Assembly: GCA_012295275.1 (NCBI GenBank)
Contig: CM022675.1
Coordinates: 2,480,001-2,544,000, forward strand
Origin: Chrysomallon squamiferum
Lineage: Eukaryota; Animalia; Mollusca
DNA length: 64,000 nt
Direction of reading: 5' to 3'
Numbering within the stretch: the stretch's first letter is position 1; each line of letters opens with the position of its first letter. The translations under genes were made by a program, and so were the position numbers. The notes below the pieces were generated by a model, which saw only the letters and a list, made by a program, of their open reading frames with translations, did no database searches and had not been told where the DNA came from. This document shows positions 12,187-26,029 of the stretch, piece after piece.

Positions 12187-13996
12187 ATTTTTTTATTGCA
12201 TTAATATTTTACGGTAAAAACAGCATACATTTTGTGAGTGAAATTTTAAAACTGTTTTGAAGAAAGTATTAAGAAAACTAGTTTGACAACGTTTGACTAG
12301 ATTGTTGTAGTGAACTAATATAAACACACTTGCGATGCCTCACTGCTCATCTACACTATTACACGTCTTCCATGATGCGTTTTTCACTGGCTTGTTCAGC
12401 ATATTTTAGTTTATCAGTTATTATATATATTTTTATTTTGTTGATGCTTTTAACTTAAATGTCATTATTTTCTGGGGGTGTTTGTGTATGCATTTGTCCG
12501 TTTGTAATAAATGATACAAATAATAATAATAATAATAATAATAATATTTTAGTGACATAATATACCATCTACACAGATTGAGAGAGCTTACAGATACTGC
12601 ACTGAATGGCTTTCAAAATAAATGACGATCTCAAATTAAGCTTCATATTGCAAGTTTTCGTATTTCTACAGAGTAAAAAAGAAATACCCTTTCTCTTTTC
12701 TTAGGCTAAAAGTAACGAACATTTCAATATCATGCTGTACGATCGCACATTCTAAAACGTGTCAGAGACTGTTTCGAAAGACGCTCTAATACTGTTTCAC
12801 AAGCGTAGTAGAAGTGGAATTCATGGAGATAGATGTTATCTCTAAGGTGTTAGGGTGTACCACAAAGATGTATTTCTAGATGAATAGTCTATACACTGTT
12901 CAGAATAAAAGGGTAGTTGTTAATTATATCTCTCAGGCAGTGTTATCTGTTATAATTTTATTTGTTTGATGAGGGTAGCTTAGTTTAGTATAAACTATTT
13001 ATATACGACCCTGCAAGTGCATATCACGCCACATTCAGTTACATTCTTTTTAAAACGTCTTTATCATGTCTGAGAAATATTATCGTAAATATGTTTCTGC
13101 AATCTGTTTAACTCATGCACGTTAATATATTCTTAAATAATAGTTTACTTTTAGTAATGTTTTTATTTATTCATCATCTTTTTATTATTATTGTTGGCGT
13201 GTTTCTATATATGTTTGTTTGTGTTTTCGTAGACAAAATAGAACACAGCGATCAAGAATTTACTGCAAGCGATGTCTTTTATGAATAAATCTCGGCCTTT
13301 TATATACTGAAATTATTTCGTTCTTTCTCTCTTTCCTCCTTTCTTTCTCTCTTTATTTATTAATTCTAGTGTATGTGCTTCTATAATATTTTCCTGTTTT
13401 ACTTTTTATTTTATTATTATTATTATTGTATTTTTTATTTAAGATAAAAGACGCTAAAAGTCTTGAGAAGTTTTTACTAAAAAAAAAAGATTAAAAAACG
13501 AGATAACTGGTTTGACATCTCTCTGAATAATATCACAAACCTGTTCAAACACGTGTAACACATCACTGCACATCTAGACTAGTACTCCACTCTCACAACA
13601 TCACTCGCTGTTTTCCTTCACTTGTCATACATCACTAAAATAGAATAAAAATGAAACCGGTCTTGGCTGGTACGTATTCAAGCACGGTCACTGACGTCTA
13701 GTGCACAAGAAACACAGATACGCATGACCCGTAATACATACTAAGTGTTTTGTTTGATGTTTTAAAAAGCAAGAAGGCGTATTCATTTTGTTAAATGTAG
13801 CACACAAAGATGTCTGACATTTTGTTTGCCATCTCCAAACCGTTTGTATTCAAGTATGTTAAAACACTGCTATTTAAACATATATCGATACAAATATGTA
13901 TGTGAGTATTTACACACGCGCGCGCGCGCGCACACACCCACACATAAGAACATATATATAAACATATTCACACCTATCCAGAATCTATAACACAAA

Positions 13997-14196
13997 NNNN
14001 NNNNNNNNNNNNNNNNNNNNNNNNNNNNNNNNNNNNNNNNNNNNNNNNNNNNNNNNNNNNNNNNNNNNNNNNNNNNNNNNNNNNNNNNNNNNNNNNNNNN
14101 NNNNNNNNNNNNNNNNNNNNNNNNNNNNNNNNNNNNNNNNNNNNNNNNNNNNNNNNNNNNNNNNNNNNNNNNNNNNNNNNNNNNNNNNNNNNNNNN
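13997..14196. other. Scaffold gap (200 N)
   Basis: Run of N of round length, typical of a scaffolding join of unknown true size. Confidence 0.98.
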
Positions 14197-14300
14197 TCGA
14201 GCATTTACATTGAAATTTAATAATCTTTATTAATAACTTAATTAGTAAAACACAGCATTCTACAGTAAACATGTTATAATAATGATTACTAATAACTTAC

Positions 14301-14457
14301 CCACTGAAACCCAGCATTCTGCAATAAACAGCTGCGTTGTAATCAGTATGATATTTATCACAGACTGTGCCCCACATTCCAAGATAGTTAATCTCTACTC
14401 GACCTTCTCGTTCTGAACTGCCATTCACCAGACGAATCTTAATTTCTGAATTGTCCT
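14301..14457 (-). CDS. Copy A exon: SRCR4 first half
   Basis: IRLVNGSSEREGRVEINYLGMWGTVCDKY...VYCRMLGFS; 157 nt, AG/GT. Confidence 0.9.
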
Positions 14458-14678
14458 CTGAAGAAGAAAAAAAAAAACCAAACATATTGTCATATCGCAC
14501 AATAAATATAAAATACAGCACAGCAGCATGTTTTAGTTAGCTTTTATGATACCACTTTTTTCAGTGTTTGTGTTTGGTCTAAGACAGTGAACGCTATACT
14601 GATAATCGGAAAACAAAAAAGTAAAAACAATAAAAATCTGTGGTAAGTATATTTTGTCTGATATTTAAAATATATTAC

Positions 14679-14853
14679 CTCCACACAGCAAGCCTGTAAA
14701 CTTAGTTTTACAGTGGGGTCTAGATTAAAGTTAAACCGACACTGGTTAATATTAGTTTCCTTTCCTCCACAGGTTACATCTGATGTCCAGATTTTTGTGT
14801 TGTTTGAAGTCAAACTGTGCTCCCGATGAGTCAGTAGTATTGCTGCGTAACTT
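14679..14853 (-). pseudogene. Copy A exon: SRCR3 second half (frameshifted)
   Basis: KIWTSDVTCGGKETNINQC; 175 nt vs 176 nt in B. Confidence 0.8.
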
Positions 14854-14968
14854 CTTTAGAGAAATAAAATAAATAAATAAATAAATATATAAAATCAAAC
14901 AATTAAAATATATAACTGCATACCAAATAATTACATAACTGTTGTGCTTTATTTTTTTGTTGTTGTTG

Positions 14969-15047
<79 letters not shown>

Positions 15048-15164
15048 TTCTTAATATTTTTTATTCTCTATGTATTTTCTTGTGATATTTTCTAAAATAT
15101 TCTTCAGTGCGAGGAACTGCTGCATGTTTTGAAGCCAAGTTGAATTGTTTCAATGTTGACTTAC

Positions 15165-15323
15165 TCGTTATATCCAAGAGTTCTGCACATAACTTTAGCA
15201 TCGGCTGGACTGATATCTCTATCATACAGTCTACCCCACTCATTGTTTTTTTTTTCAGTTCAACTACACCGTAGTTACTGGTTGGTCCACCAACTAGTCG
15301 TAATTCATATCCTGATGTGTTGT
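15165..15323 (-). pseudogene. Copy A exon: SRCR3 first half (frameshifted in A-run)
   Basis: YELRLVGGPTSNYGVVEL...EWGRLYD...VMCRTLGYN; 159 nt vs 157 nt in B/C/D. Confidence 0.8.
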
Positions 15324-15664
15324 CTATAACAACAAACAAAAATAAAATAAAATAAAATATCTAAAAAACTATATACAGTCATAGGTAGCACAGGTTTAAC
15401 AAATATTCAAAACCTTCCCCATTTAACTTTTTATTATTTGTGGAGTTCATGTTATTTCCTTTAGTTTTGTTTCCTATGACCGGTAATTAACTGTATACAT
15501 TCGCAACAAAACTGAAATACGTTTTGATAGAATTGTCGTAATTCTTGAACTGTGTCGCAGTCAACTTTATGAAAAATTACAAAGAAAATTAAACCAAACA
15601 CATTAAATAAAGTTAGTAATAAAACATGAAACCTATTGTAAACTGATAGTTTTAACATGAATAC

Positions 15665-15816
15665 CTGAACACCAGACATCTACAGAAAGACAGTCTTTCG
15701 TTTCATCGCGAACTTTCAGACGACACAGATGAAGAGCAGGCACAGAACTGGAGCAATCAGCGATGTACTTCCACTTATTGCCAGTCACTTTTGCACCAGT
15801 ACTAGTAGGTTTACCT
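15665..15816 (-). CDS. Copy A exon: SRCR2 second half
   Basis: GKPTSTGAKVTGNKWKYIADCSSSVPALHLCRLKVRDETKDCLSVDVWCS; open, phase 2-1. Confidence 0.8.
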
Positions 15817-15877
15817 CTGTTAAGAAAAATATAATACATTTCTTAATGCTATTTGATTACAGGTTATATGATTATTA

Positions 15878-15924
<47 letters not shown>

Positions 15925-15928
15925 TATT

Positions 15929-15997
<69 letters not shown>

Positions 15998-16382
15998 TCT
16001 GTTATTTCAACTACTATTTTTGTTTGAAAAATAAGTTCTTATTTGTGTACATGTAAGAGAACTATTAATACTGAACGAAATATCAATGAACTATCATCAC
16101 TAGAGGCAGCACGACAAAGTAAATACTAACATGAAAATATATGCTGTTAGAAGAAGACAAAACTAGATATTAATCAAAAAGTCTAAAAATTATTCTCCGT
16201 TTATTTAGAAAGGGTAATTATTCGTCTGGCATTTTCTTATAATCACTTAATGATCTTAGCAACAGAATTAAGACAACATCATCGCCACCACCAACAACAT
16301 CATAATCAACAACTTTTGTTAGTGTTATTTATTTTTCATACATTAAATATGTTAACACTGAAGATTGGAAAGGCGTACTAAC

Positions 16383-16541
16383 GTTGCATAACCCATTTGT
16401 CTGCACGCAACTTCTGCCGCATCGGAGTCTGGCGCTTTTGCCTGACAAACCGATTTCCATTCTCCATCCTCCAATACCTCAAGTCTTCCGATGTTTTCAC
16501 TGCCCCCATCCGCCGCCGCAGTTCGTACGGTTTAGGGTTTT
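16383..16541 (-). pseudogene. Copy A exon: SRCR2 first half (1-nt deletion)
   Basis: YELR/ADGGSENIGRLEVLEDGEWKSVC...AEVACRQMGY after correcting a shift at ~16515. Confidence 0.8.
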
Positions 16542-16585
16542 CTTTTATAGTGGAGAAAAATGCAACTTTCATTTAATTTCAGGAT

Positions 16586-16636
<51 letters not shown>

Positions 16637-16659
16637 TTGTTTATTGAAGATATACATAC

Positions 16660-16717
<58 letters not shown>

Positions 16718-17011
16718 TTGATTGAATTCATATTTAGTGTCAGTTGGTCCATTAATATTTCGTTGTTTTTTTATTTCTTACATTTTCACTGTAATCAATT
16801 GTATTTAATTATATTTATTTTATTAATTTTATTTAAACGATCATATTTCTGAAATTTAGTTGATGGAAAGAGCAAGAAAATACAAACAAAAAGTAACAAC
16901 ACTGATCTTTTCTGTTCCTACTTTTATTCTTCATAATTAAACTGATCTATGTTTTGTAATACAAAAGAAAAGGTACAAGTTAAATTGAAGCAAAGTAGTA
17001 GCAGCAGCAGC

Positions 17012-17063
<52 letters not shown>

Positions 17064-17095
17064 CTAATAATACTGATAATGACAATACATTTTAC

Positions 17096-17271
17096 CATCA
17101 CATATAATTCCAAGTTGATCAGCACTATTGCACTGATTAGTGCATTTAATAGTTTGCCATGATTGACAATCATGTACGTCCAGTTCACATCCATTTCACC
17201 AAAATTGACCTGAAAAGACTTGACCACTTCCGACTGGGAAGAATCCTTTGCCACGCGGCATACCATAGGCA
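17096..17271 (-). pseudogene. Copy A exon: SRCR1 second half (in-frame TGA)
   Basis: FFPVGSGQVFSGQFW*NGCELDVHDC...QLGIICD; the TGA aligns with TGT Cys in B. Confidence 0.8.
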
Positions 17272-18216
17272 CTGTTGAAAACAGTCATAGAAATGTATCT
17301 TTAAGCGTAGTCTTATCATTACTGCCTCTAAATATGTACTACGTAATAGAATCGTTAATTATCTTTAATCAGCGTCCATGAACTTGCACAAGGTATGTTA
17401 TTTTATGTAGTGTATCATGCTTTATTTAATGATGTTATAATATACGAAATGAAAAGAATAATTTTGGGAGAAAAAGACTTAATCATAATTTTGCTCATAA
17501 AAGCTAACATGGAAAAATATGAACAAATTAAAATTAAAAAAAGACAACGTTATCCTCTTTTAATTTTATACTTTCGCTAAAAATTAATTGGCAACAAAAT
17601 ATGCATATCTTTTGTTATTCTGTAAGAATATTGAATATTTATATAACTGTTTATCTCATTGGCATCTCTCTGCATGATCCCGAATTCGAAATAGAATTAC
17701 TTCAATCATCCTGAAGCTCAGTGAAAAAAAAACAAAAAACACCACCACCAACAACAACAGGAGTGTACTATAAACAGCCACTTTACACTGATCTCACTTT
17801 ATTTTCATTATTACTAATAATATTTAGATATATCGAACAGACTAGTTCATCGTACGAATAAATTTTAAGAACCGTGCGGAGATTTTACACAATCTGACAG
17901 TTTAATTTGACACATATAATGCAAGTAAGAACAACGATTCCAATTAGATGTGTATATTTGTTCTGTGCAGTTGTGATAAACAGTTAAGTGGATACTGACT
18001 GCAGTGCGAAATAAGAGAAAAATGAGGACTGATCAAGGGAACAATCACACCACACACTCTGGTCTCCCAGTGTTATATTTTTTCTATTGAAATTGCGGAG
18101 AAACTTTTTTCAGTATAATTATAAGTGAGTGACTTTTTTGAAGACTGGTGATAGTGATAGTGATAGAGAAAAAATAATAATACAGAGAACAATCAGTAGT
18201 TTTGTAATTTACTTAC

Positions 18217-18358
18217 TTCATGTAACCGAGAGTCCTACAAACAGCAGTGGCTTCAAAGAGGCGAAAGGTAAAAGGAATCACGCTCCCCCACCTGCCATTG
18301 AACACAACTTCCAATCGACCTTCTTTACTTGTATTTCCATCAACTAGACGAACTTTCA
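18217..18358 (-). CDS. Copy A exon: SRCR1 first half
   Basis: VRLVDGNTSKEGRLEVVFNGRWGSV...ATAVCRTLGYM; AG/GT. Confidence 0.9.
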
Positions 18359-18648
18359 CTTTATAAAGAAACAGAAAACGTATATATTCTGGTTTATATA
18401 CAAACAAAACAAAGTGAAAATATTGTAGTGAAATTTAAAACGGACAACAATAAATAGAGAACTGAATAGAGAAACTATAGAAAACAAAGACTCACTGAGA
18501 ATGTTAATTATTTGTTAAATTGTGGATAATTTTTATGAAGTGTTTTTGAAGTGTTTAAAACAGTAATTTCTACACGGACAATGACAGAGTTCATCATCTT
18601 CAACTCAATCTTAATAAGTGTAGTTTTTATGTAGTAAACAGAAATTAC

Positions 18649-18699
18649 GTGGCTCAATGTCAGCAATCTTAGTTTCCACTTCTGCCGATCCCGTTACAT
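18649..18699 (-). CDS. Copy A 51-nt linker exon
   Basis: TTCTCAG acceptor and GTAAT donor, phase 1-1, VTGSAEVETKIADIEP; conserved in B. Confidence 0.65.
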
Positions 18700-18793
18700 C
18701 TGAGAATAAAGATAAAACTTTTCAAGTGAGTATGTTCCTGAGCCGAAAACTCACTTCAGAAAGAAAGCAAATCAACATTAATTTATCACAGCA

Positions 18794-18954
<161 letters not shown>

Positions 18955-18991
18955 AAAGAAGGAAACTATGGAAACTACAACTTGTTCCTAC

Positions 18992-19134
18992 TTGTAATAA
19001 ACTCAAATGTAAGTTCTTCATCTAAAGATACAGCTGCTGATTCTGAAACTGAAGACCCGTCTTTGAGGTTGATGTTGAACTGGACAAGCGAGGAGTCTAT
19101 TGAGTTGACTAAGTTTGTGATATTCTGTTGGTTT
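18992..19134 (-). CDS. Copy A exon: ZP linker and first ZP-C strands
   Basis: NSIDSSLVQFNINLKDGSSVSESAAVSLDEELTFEF; phase 2-1. Confidence 0.8.
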
Positions 19135-19349
19135 CTGCCACACACAAAAAAAGTGTTTGTATATATATATATATATATATATACACACTACTACTACTAC
19201 TACTAATAATAATAATAATAATAAATATGTTAACAATAGGAGAAAATATTCGAAAATACGGGGTGAAATACCAATAAACAAGATTTAAAAAAAAAGTTAT
19301 TATAGTAGTAATGATGATAATAATAACAACAGCGACTACAACAACGAAC

Positions 19350-19504
19350 CTTTCAGGTTCTTTTGTTGTTATCACTTTGGTGACAGTCACGGTTATGGCA
19401 TCGTTGTTTTTTTCACTACAAGTGACAGAGACTTTTGTGTCGAGGTTTGTCATGTACTTTTCACTGAACTGAATGATCACATCTCGAGTTCGACCTCCAT
19501 TTAG
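19350..19504 (-). CDS. Copy A exon: ZP-N second half
   Basis: RTRDVIIQFSEKYMTNLDTKVSVTC (ZP-N viiQf...mT..D....V.C motif). Confidence 0.85.
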
Positions 19505-19720
19505 CTTTAAAAACAAATCACTTCTTACACTGCATGTTTAATATCACTTTCTAAACAGACAACAACCAAATATATATATATATATGACATTTTCCCTGAA
19601 GCAGAATCAACATTAAATGTAATTTATTTAATAGTTTTATACAGATAACAACATATATAAAAATAGTTCATAAAGAAAAGAAGTCAAATAAAAATTATAC
19701 AAATAACAAACAGAACTGAC

Positions 19721-19908
19721 CACAGTCACCCCTCCACATTCACTGTCCTTAACACTGAGAGCCACACCTTGTTTTCCCGAGGGTATGGCTGAGGGCGTGA
19801 ATTTGCAACTAGACGTGTCTCTTTCACCTTTAGCATAGATGACACCACTGAATGTTCCAGCAGGATTCATCACAATCAACATAGAACTTTTTTCACAGGT
19901 AACTTCAT
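19721..19908 (-). CDS. Copy A exon: ZP-N first half
   Basis: EVTCEKSSMLIVMNPAGTFSGVIYAKG...SCKF...ECGGV (ZP-N V.C...M, F.G.IY, CG motifs). Confidence 0.9.
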
Positions 19909-19944
19909 CTGAAAATATTTCAATTTGTATTTGAAAAGAGGAAA

Positions 19945-19991
<47 letters not shown>

Positions 19992-20007
19992 TATCGTGAA
20001 AAACAAC

Positions 20008-20099
<92 letters not shown>

Positions 20100-20247
20100 C
20101 ATAGATCGGAAACAAAATGTATTTGACATCAAATAATTACATCAAGTTTGAATTAAGATTAATTTATAATACGACTTTATTTATTGTAGACATAAATATT
20201 ATCTATCTTGTTCTTTTACTTATTTATTACAATTTTTGTTATTATTA

Positions 20248-20306
<59 letters not shown>

Positions 20307-20414
20307 ACCATTTACTTTAATTTACTGAGAGGCGTAAAGTAAATTTAAGAACAATGACATTAAACAAAATAGATCTGAATTTGATGTAAAAACTCTCATT
20401 AATATTATTAATGA

Positions 20415-20472
<58 letters not shown>

Positions 20473-20532
20473 ACTATTTACTTTACTGGGAGGCGGAAAG
20501 TAAATTTTAGAACATTGCAGAAAACAAAATAA

Positions 20533-20610
<78 letters not shown>

Positions 20611-20784
20611 ACACACACACACACACACACACACATACACACAAACACATACAGCTAACTGGTCAAATCATTTTAATAAACTGCATTATTAAAAATAACA
20701 GGAATATCATCCACCCTTTATTAGTACATAAAAACTGTGGTAGAGATAAAGGTATTATTTTGTTAACTAATTTGAATCACTCAC

Positions 20785-20922
20785 ATCTTTTCTTTTCGCA
20801 GTGGTCACCATAGAAACCAGATGGACAGAAACACGCCTTCTTTTCATTATCACTGTAACAGATACCTCCATCAGAGCCACAAGAGTCAGTCTGATTGGTA
20901 CACGGACTTGAACCACTCAAAC
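20785..20922 (-). CDS. Copy A exon: EGF-like domain 2
   Basis: PCTNQTDSCGSDGGICYSDNEKKACFCPSGFYGDHCE; phase 1-1, 138 nt. Confidence 0.9.
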
Positions 20923-20927
20923 CTGAA

Positions 20928-20974
<47 letters not shown>

Positions 20975-20979
20975 AAATA

Positions 20980-21029
<50 letters not shown>

Positions 21030-21185
21030 GATGAAAACAAGGAAACATAAACAGTGATTAGTGGTTGCACGTTTGTTTACCTGGTTTTGTTTTGTTTTGT
21101 TCTGTTGTCTTTATTTTCACCTGCACTTTCGTATAAAACATTTCAGAGATTAAAATTTAATAAAAAAAACAACAAAAAAACTCAC

Positions 21186-21308
21186 TTGTGTCCAGCTCAC
21201 AGTTGTAGCCAGTGTAGTCATTTCCACAGTCACAGGTGCCGTCATTTTGACAAGTTTTATTATTAGCACAATCCTGACCTTGTCGTCTGCAGTCGAAGTA
21301 CTCTTCAC
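21186..21308 (-). CDS. Copy A exon: EGF-like domain 1
   Basis: EEYFDCRRQGQDCANNKTCQNDGTCDCGNDYTGYNCELD; phase 1-1, 123 nt. Confidence 0.9.
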
Positions 21309-21657
21309 CTGTATACAAGTAGATCATTTTAACATAGGATAATTTTTACGAATGAAAATTGAAAATAAATGAGATAAACAAATTGTGACACAGTGAATTA
21401 AAACACTAATATATGTAGTAGCAGTTCCAGCGATAGAAGTAGTAGTAACAAAAAAAGAAGAAAGAACTAAAATAAAATGGAAGAAAATGGACACCGTTAG
21501 CTAAAATAACTTAGAAATAACCAGTAGACATGAAAACATGTGCGCAAGTAAAGAAAACAGCTGATACTAGATACAGAAATTATACAGTCATAAATGTTTA
21601 TGTTTATTTATTTATATTTTGGATTTTCTTCTAAACGTAGTAACAACAACAGCAATG

Positions 21658-21699
<42 letters not shown>

Positions 21700-21707
21700 A
21701 TACTAAC

Positions 21708-21743
<36 letters not shown>

Positions 21744-22098
21744 TATAATATGTAAGTTCATTTTATTAGAAACATTAATAATTATTTCATTCATGTATTT
21801 TTAAATTTTATTTCACAATATAATTATCTACTTTTATACTTCGTTTTAGTATTTAATTTAACAACCTTTAAACCGTATTTCACCATCTAACTTGTCTGTT
21901 TCTTAAAATACAGATTTTGTTTCACAATTTTAGTGAAAGTTTTTTTTTTATTATTTTAATGTCATCATTTGAATGATCAATTTTTGTTCTGTTATTTTGC
22001 TTCATTATGTCAATTATCCATTTTCAAAGTATCCTTATTTATGTAACAACAGACACGTATAATCTTTCTGTAAAGAAAAATAGAGAAAAAGAAGTTAC

Positions 22099-22150
22099 CT
22101 GTAATGTTGGAACAACTAAGAAGTAGCAGATAGACGAATGATATCCACAT
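22099..22150 (-). CDS. Copy A start exon: signal peptide
   Basis: ATG at 22150, MWISFVYLLLLSCSNITG; acceptor 12 nt upstream of the ATG, GTAAC donor. Confidence 0.85.
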
Positions 22151-22183
22151 TTTCAGTTTATACTGTAAAGAAGATTAAATGAA

Positions 22184-22238
<55 letters not shown>

Positions 22239-22488
22239 ATAGATAAATAAATAAACAAACAAACAAATAAACACATAAATAATTATAATGTTATATTTTA
22301 GTCTAAGCATAAGTCGTCCCTCAGTTTAACAAATATACACATCTCTAGTATTAATTTTTGATTTTCAAAATCATTTGGTGTGCGGAGGAAAACAAATGTT
22401 AAAATGTTCACTTATTTATTTATTTGTCTCTAATTATTTGTTAATAACTTTTAGATTAACAGCATCTATAAGTGAACAATGCATACAA

Positions 22489-22527
<39 letters not shown>

Positions 22528-22609
22528 GATCGAGAGAGAGATAAAGGGTCAGATGAACTGATACACAAATGTGTATGTATATAAAAACACACACACATAT
22601 ACACATACA

Positions 22610-22657
<48 letters not shown>

Positions 22658-23080
22658 TACCAACACATACACACATACACACACAAAGACACACACATAC
22701 ACACATACAGACACACACACATACACACACATACACACACAGACACACACATACACACACACACAGACACATACAAACATGTGATAACCATAACAATGAA
22801 CTAAATGGTACACACAAATACTGAGTAGGAAAATAAAATTGCGCAGATTGATCCCGTATCAAATTTTCTAATTTGATTCCTATGTAATAGCGGGTACGGT
22901 CACTGTTCAAGTTATTCAAGCCGAGTTGCAGTGAAGAAATAATGGAGCAATCCTGAAGTGAAAGTTAATTTTGTAGCGACTTTGTCTGAAAGATGCTGTA
23001 ATATAGCTCCTCCATTGATGTCATATGATAAAATAGTTATTCATGTAGCAGATATAGAAACAAATACAAAGTGTACTTAC

Positions 23081-23257
23081 ATATTTATTGAAGCACGATT
23101 GAAATAAGAATATTTAAACATATATTTACACATATGAACCGTTTTCCGCACTTACACTTTACGATTTGTTTGGAAAGAAATATAAAAAGCGTTTATTCAC
23201 ATAAAATTTGCTCTGTCTATGTGATACCTTCGTTTCATTGCATTTCCGGCTTTTATA
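23081..23257 (-). promoter_or_regulatory. Putative TATA box and non-coding first exon of copy A
   Basis: TATAAAA at 23251-23257 (minus) and GTAAGT donor at 23075-23080, both conserved in B. The ATG exon has an acceptor, so an upstream exon is required. Confidence 0.5.
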
Positions 23258-23349
23258 TCACATTTGAAGGTGATCACGACTTGTAACGAAACATTTCAGT
23301 GTTCTTCTTCATCTGCTTCTTCTTCTTATTATTATTATTTTGTTGTTAT

Positions 23350-23395
<46 letters not shown>

Positions 23396-23779
23396 ACTAT
23401 TATTATTATTAATGTTATTATTATTATGTACTGAACCACTGATATAGTAGACATGGGTTCAAGTACAGTGAACACGTACAGTGTTAATAGTTCATACACG
23501 TGTCTGTGTGTCATGAATGCAGGCTAAGTTTAATTCTGTATTTATTTATTTGGTTATTTATTTATTTATTTAATTATTTATGAATGAATTTATTTGTTTG
23601 TTTGTTTACTTGTTTTATCTCTTTATTTTTTTTTTTTAATTTATTTATTCGTGTGGTAGATTGTTTATCTTTTATTATTTTATTATTATTATTACCTTGC
23701 GAATACTGTGGGAGAAACATACAAACGGCTAAGTGTAGACTGGTGTGAAAACAGTTTTGAGGTTTTAGGTGTAACACTT

Positions 23780-25200
23780 AATAAAAACAAGACAATATTT
23801 GACATTAAATGTGGATGAAAAGCTGGTGAAAATAGAAAAAAAAAAAAAAAACAGTCAAATTCATGGCGTGGTAGGGTAACGCTTTTAGAAACATTAGCTA
23901 TGTCAAAACAAACTCATATCTTAACCAGCCTAGCAAATCCATCTAAAGAATGTATATTAAAACTAAATAAAATGATTTTCTCATTTATATGCAAAGATGG
24001 TCCCCATAGAATGTAACGCTGAGTTAGCACAACAAATTATACCGAAGGTGGATTAGAAATGGTTGAAACATTAAATTTAATTAAAGTTTTAAAAGTTGCT
24101 TGGTTAAGACGCTACTTTCAATCGGATAGAAACTGGAAATGGTTTTCAAATAAATATGTAGATAATCTAGCTTTGTCAAAACTGGGAGCCAATGTTGGTG
24201 AATATATAAGTAAAAAGTTTAAAAATGCTTTTTCGAATAATGTATGGAATGCATGGAAAGATTTTGTGCTAAAAATAAAAGTTGAAAATAGTGAGGAAAT
24301 AGTAAATGAGCCGTTATGATACCACACATTTCAAATACAAGTCATTGTTTCTCCGCAACTGTTATAATAATGGTATAACTCACATCCGAAATATTTTAAC
24401 AGAAACACGATACATCATTCCTTTTGCAGAATTAACATACGAGAAACCTTTTTTGATTACGAAATGGTAATTTATAGTATCCCTGAAAAAGTGGAAATGC
24501 GTTGTCCGGCAATTACAAGGACAGATAAACCTATATAATACTTTGTGTCCAATGTAGATGGTATTAATGAGAAAAATGAATAAAGGTTGTTGTGAATATT
24601 ATAATATACTGTCTAGGAACGTAGATCTGACAACAGCACAAATCCGCTGGTCTGAAATAATAAATCATGACAACTACCCATTATTCTATTTAGCACCCAG
24701 ATTATGTACTAAATAAATCGCTCTTATTGATTTTCAATATAAAATTCTTAAAAGAATAATAGCAACCAACAGCTTTTTTTTGTAGGAATGGGATTTGGGA
24801 AGATTCCCTTTGCACGAGAAAACTATCATTGCACCTTTTTCTAAAATGTTCCAAATTGAATTATTTTTTAGCGAAATTTTGAATTTTTGATTTTTGATGT
24901 TACTGGATTGCATACAATTATAAACGACAGAAAGATATTATTTGGTTTACAAACAGGACAAAAAAATACTTATGTATATACAAACACACACACACATATA
25001 TACACATACACACATATATATATAAAATGTTCGTGCAGCTAACACTTCACTATCAGTTGCTTGTCTTCTAGACATGGTAAAAAATTTGTATATGATAGAA
25101 AAAATAATATCACAAATGAATTTGGAAGGGGACGATCATATGAAAACGTTTTGCCTCTTTGTTACGGTACTAGAAGCTATTGAATAAGTATTCGTTGTCT
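23780..25200 (+). mobile_element. Degraded L1/Tx1-like LINE ORF2 3' fragment
   Basis: Broken frames SWRGRVTLLETLAMSK..HIL..L, EGGLEM...KVAWLRRY and ATNSFF...ILFG, typical of the post-RT region. Only the 3' end persists in the B unit at ~48575-48850. Confidence 0.7.
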
Positions 25201-25450
25201 CGGGTTTCTTTTTCTATGTGTAAAAATATATATTTAATATAACCACGCAGATATATAAATCAGATAAAAAGGAGCTCTGTTGTGGAATACTTTATGTGTT
25301 TTTTGAAAGCACCTGTTATACGCGCTGCGATTTTTTTTTTTTGTTCCTTGCATTTATATTTTGTAAATTGTGTTTTGTATACTGTACCATTGCCAATAAA
25401 ATCAAAGAAAATATAAAAAATTAAAAAGTATTTATTATTATTATTATTAC

Positions 25451-25498
<48 letters not shown>

Positions 25499-26029
25499 AT
25501 TTTTTTGATGTACTCTGACGGCAGTTGCTATGCTACAACCACGACGACAATAAAAACAAAAAATATTAATACTACTGCTGCTACTATTGCCACGACAACT
25601 ACTATTACTCGAACTATTGCAACCAATAATGATAAAAAAAACATATCAGCAACGACATCAACAGCAGTAATAATGTATGAATTTTCTTATAGTTCGGAAA
25701 CATTACGTTTGTCGACCACTTAATAAAAACTTGTTAAAAAATACGAAATTCTCGGGGAAGAAAAACAATATGTTTTATTTTTATTTATAGCTAGTGAAAC
25801 ATGTATGTATGTATTTATATATGCATGCATGACTTTATTCATATATGTTTGTTCATATGTATGTGTGTGTGTGTCTAGGATGACTTATTTCTGCCGGTGC
25901 TTGTGAAACCTGTAATTTTGCGTGAATTTGTTGATATATTTACATGTCTATGTTTATGTGTATATATATGTGTACTTATGTGTTACGGGATTTTAATATT
26001 TTCTGTTTTATGTTTCTCTCATTAGACTC

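Noticed and set aside
13912-13938. (CG)n run within CA repeats (Z-DNA-forming; also ~52335)
   Set aside because: It is a common compound microsatellite with no evidence of function.
17196-17198. In-frame TGA aligned to a conserved Cys (possible selenocysteine)
   Set aside because: It is a single TGT>TGA change at a structural disulfide Cys in a copy with three further frameshifts, and no SECIS was recognised. Nonsense mutation is the simpler explanation.
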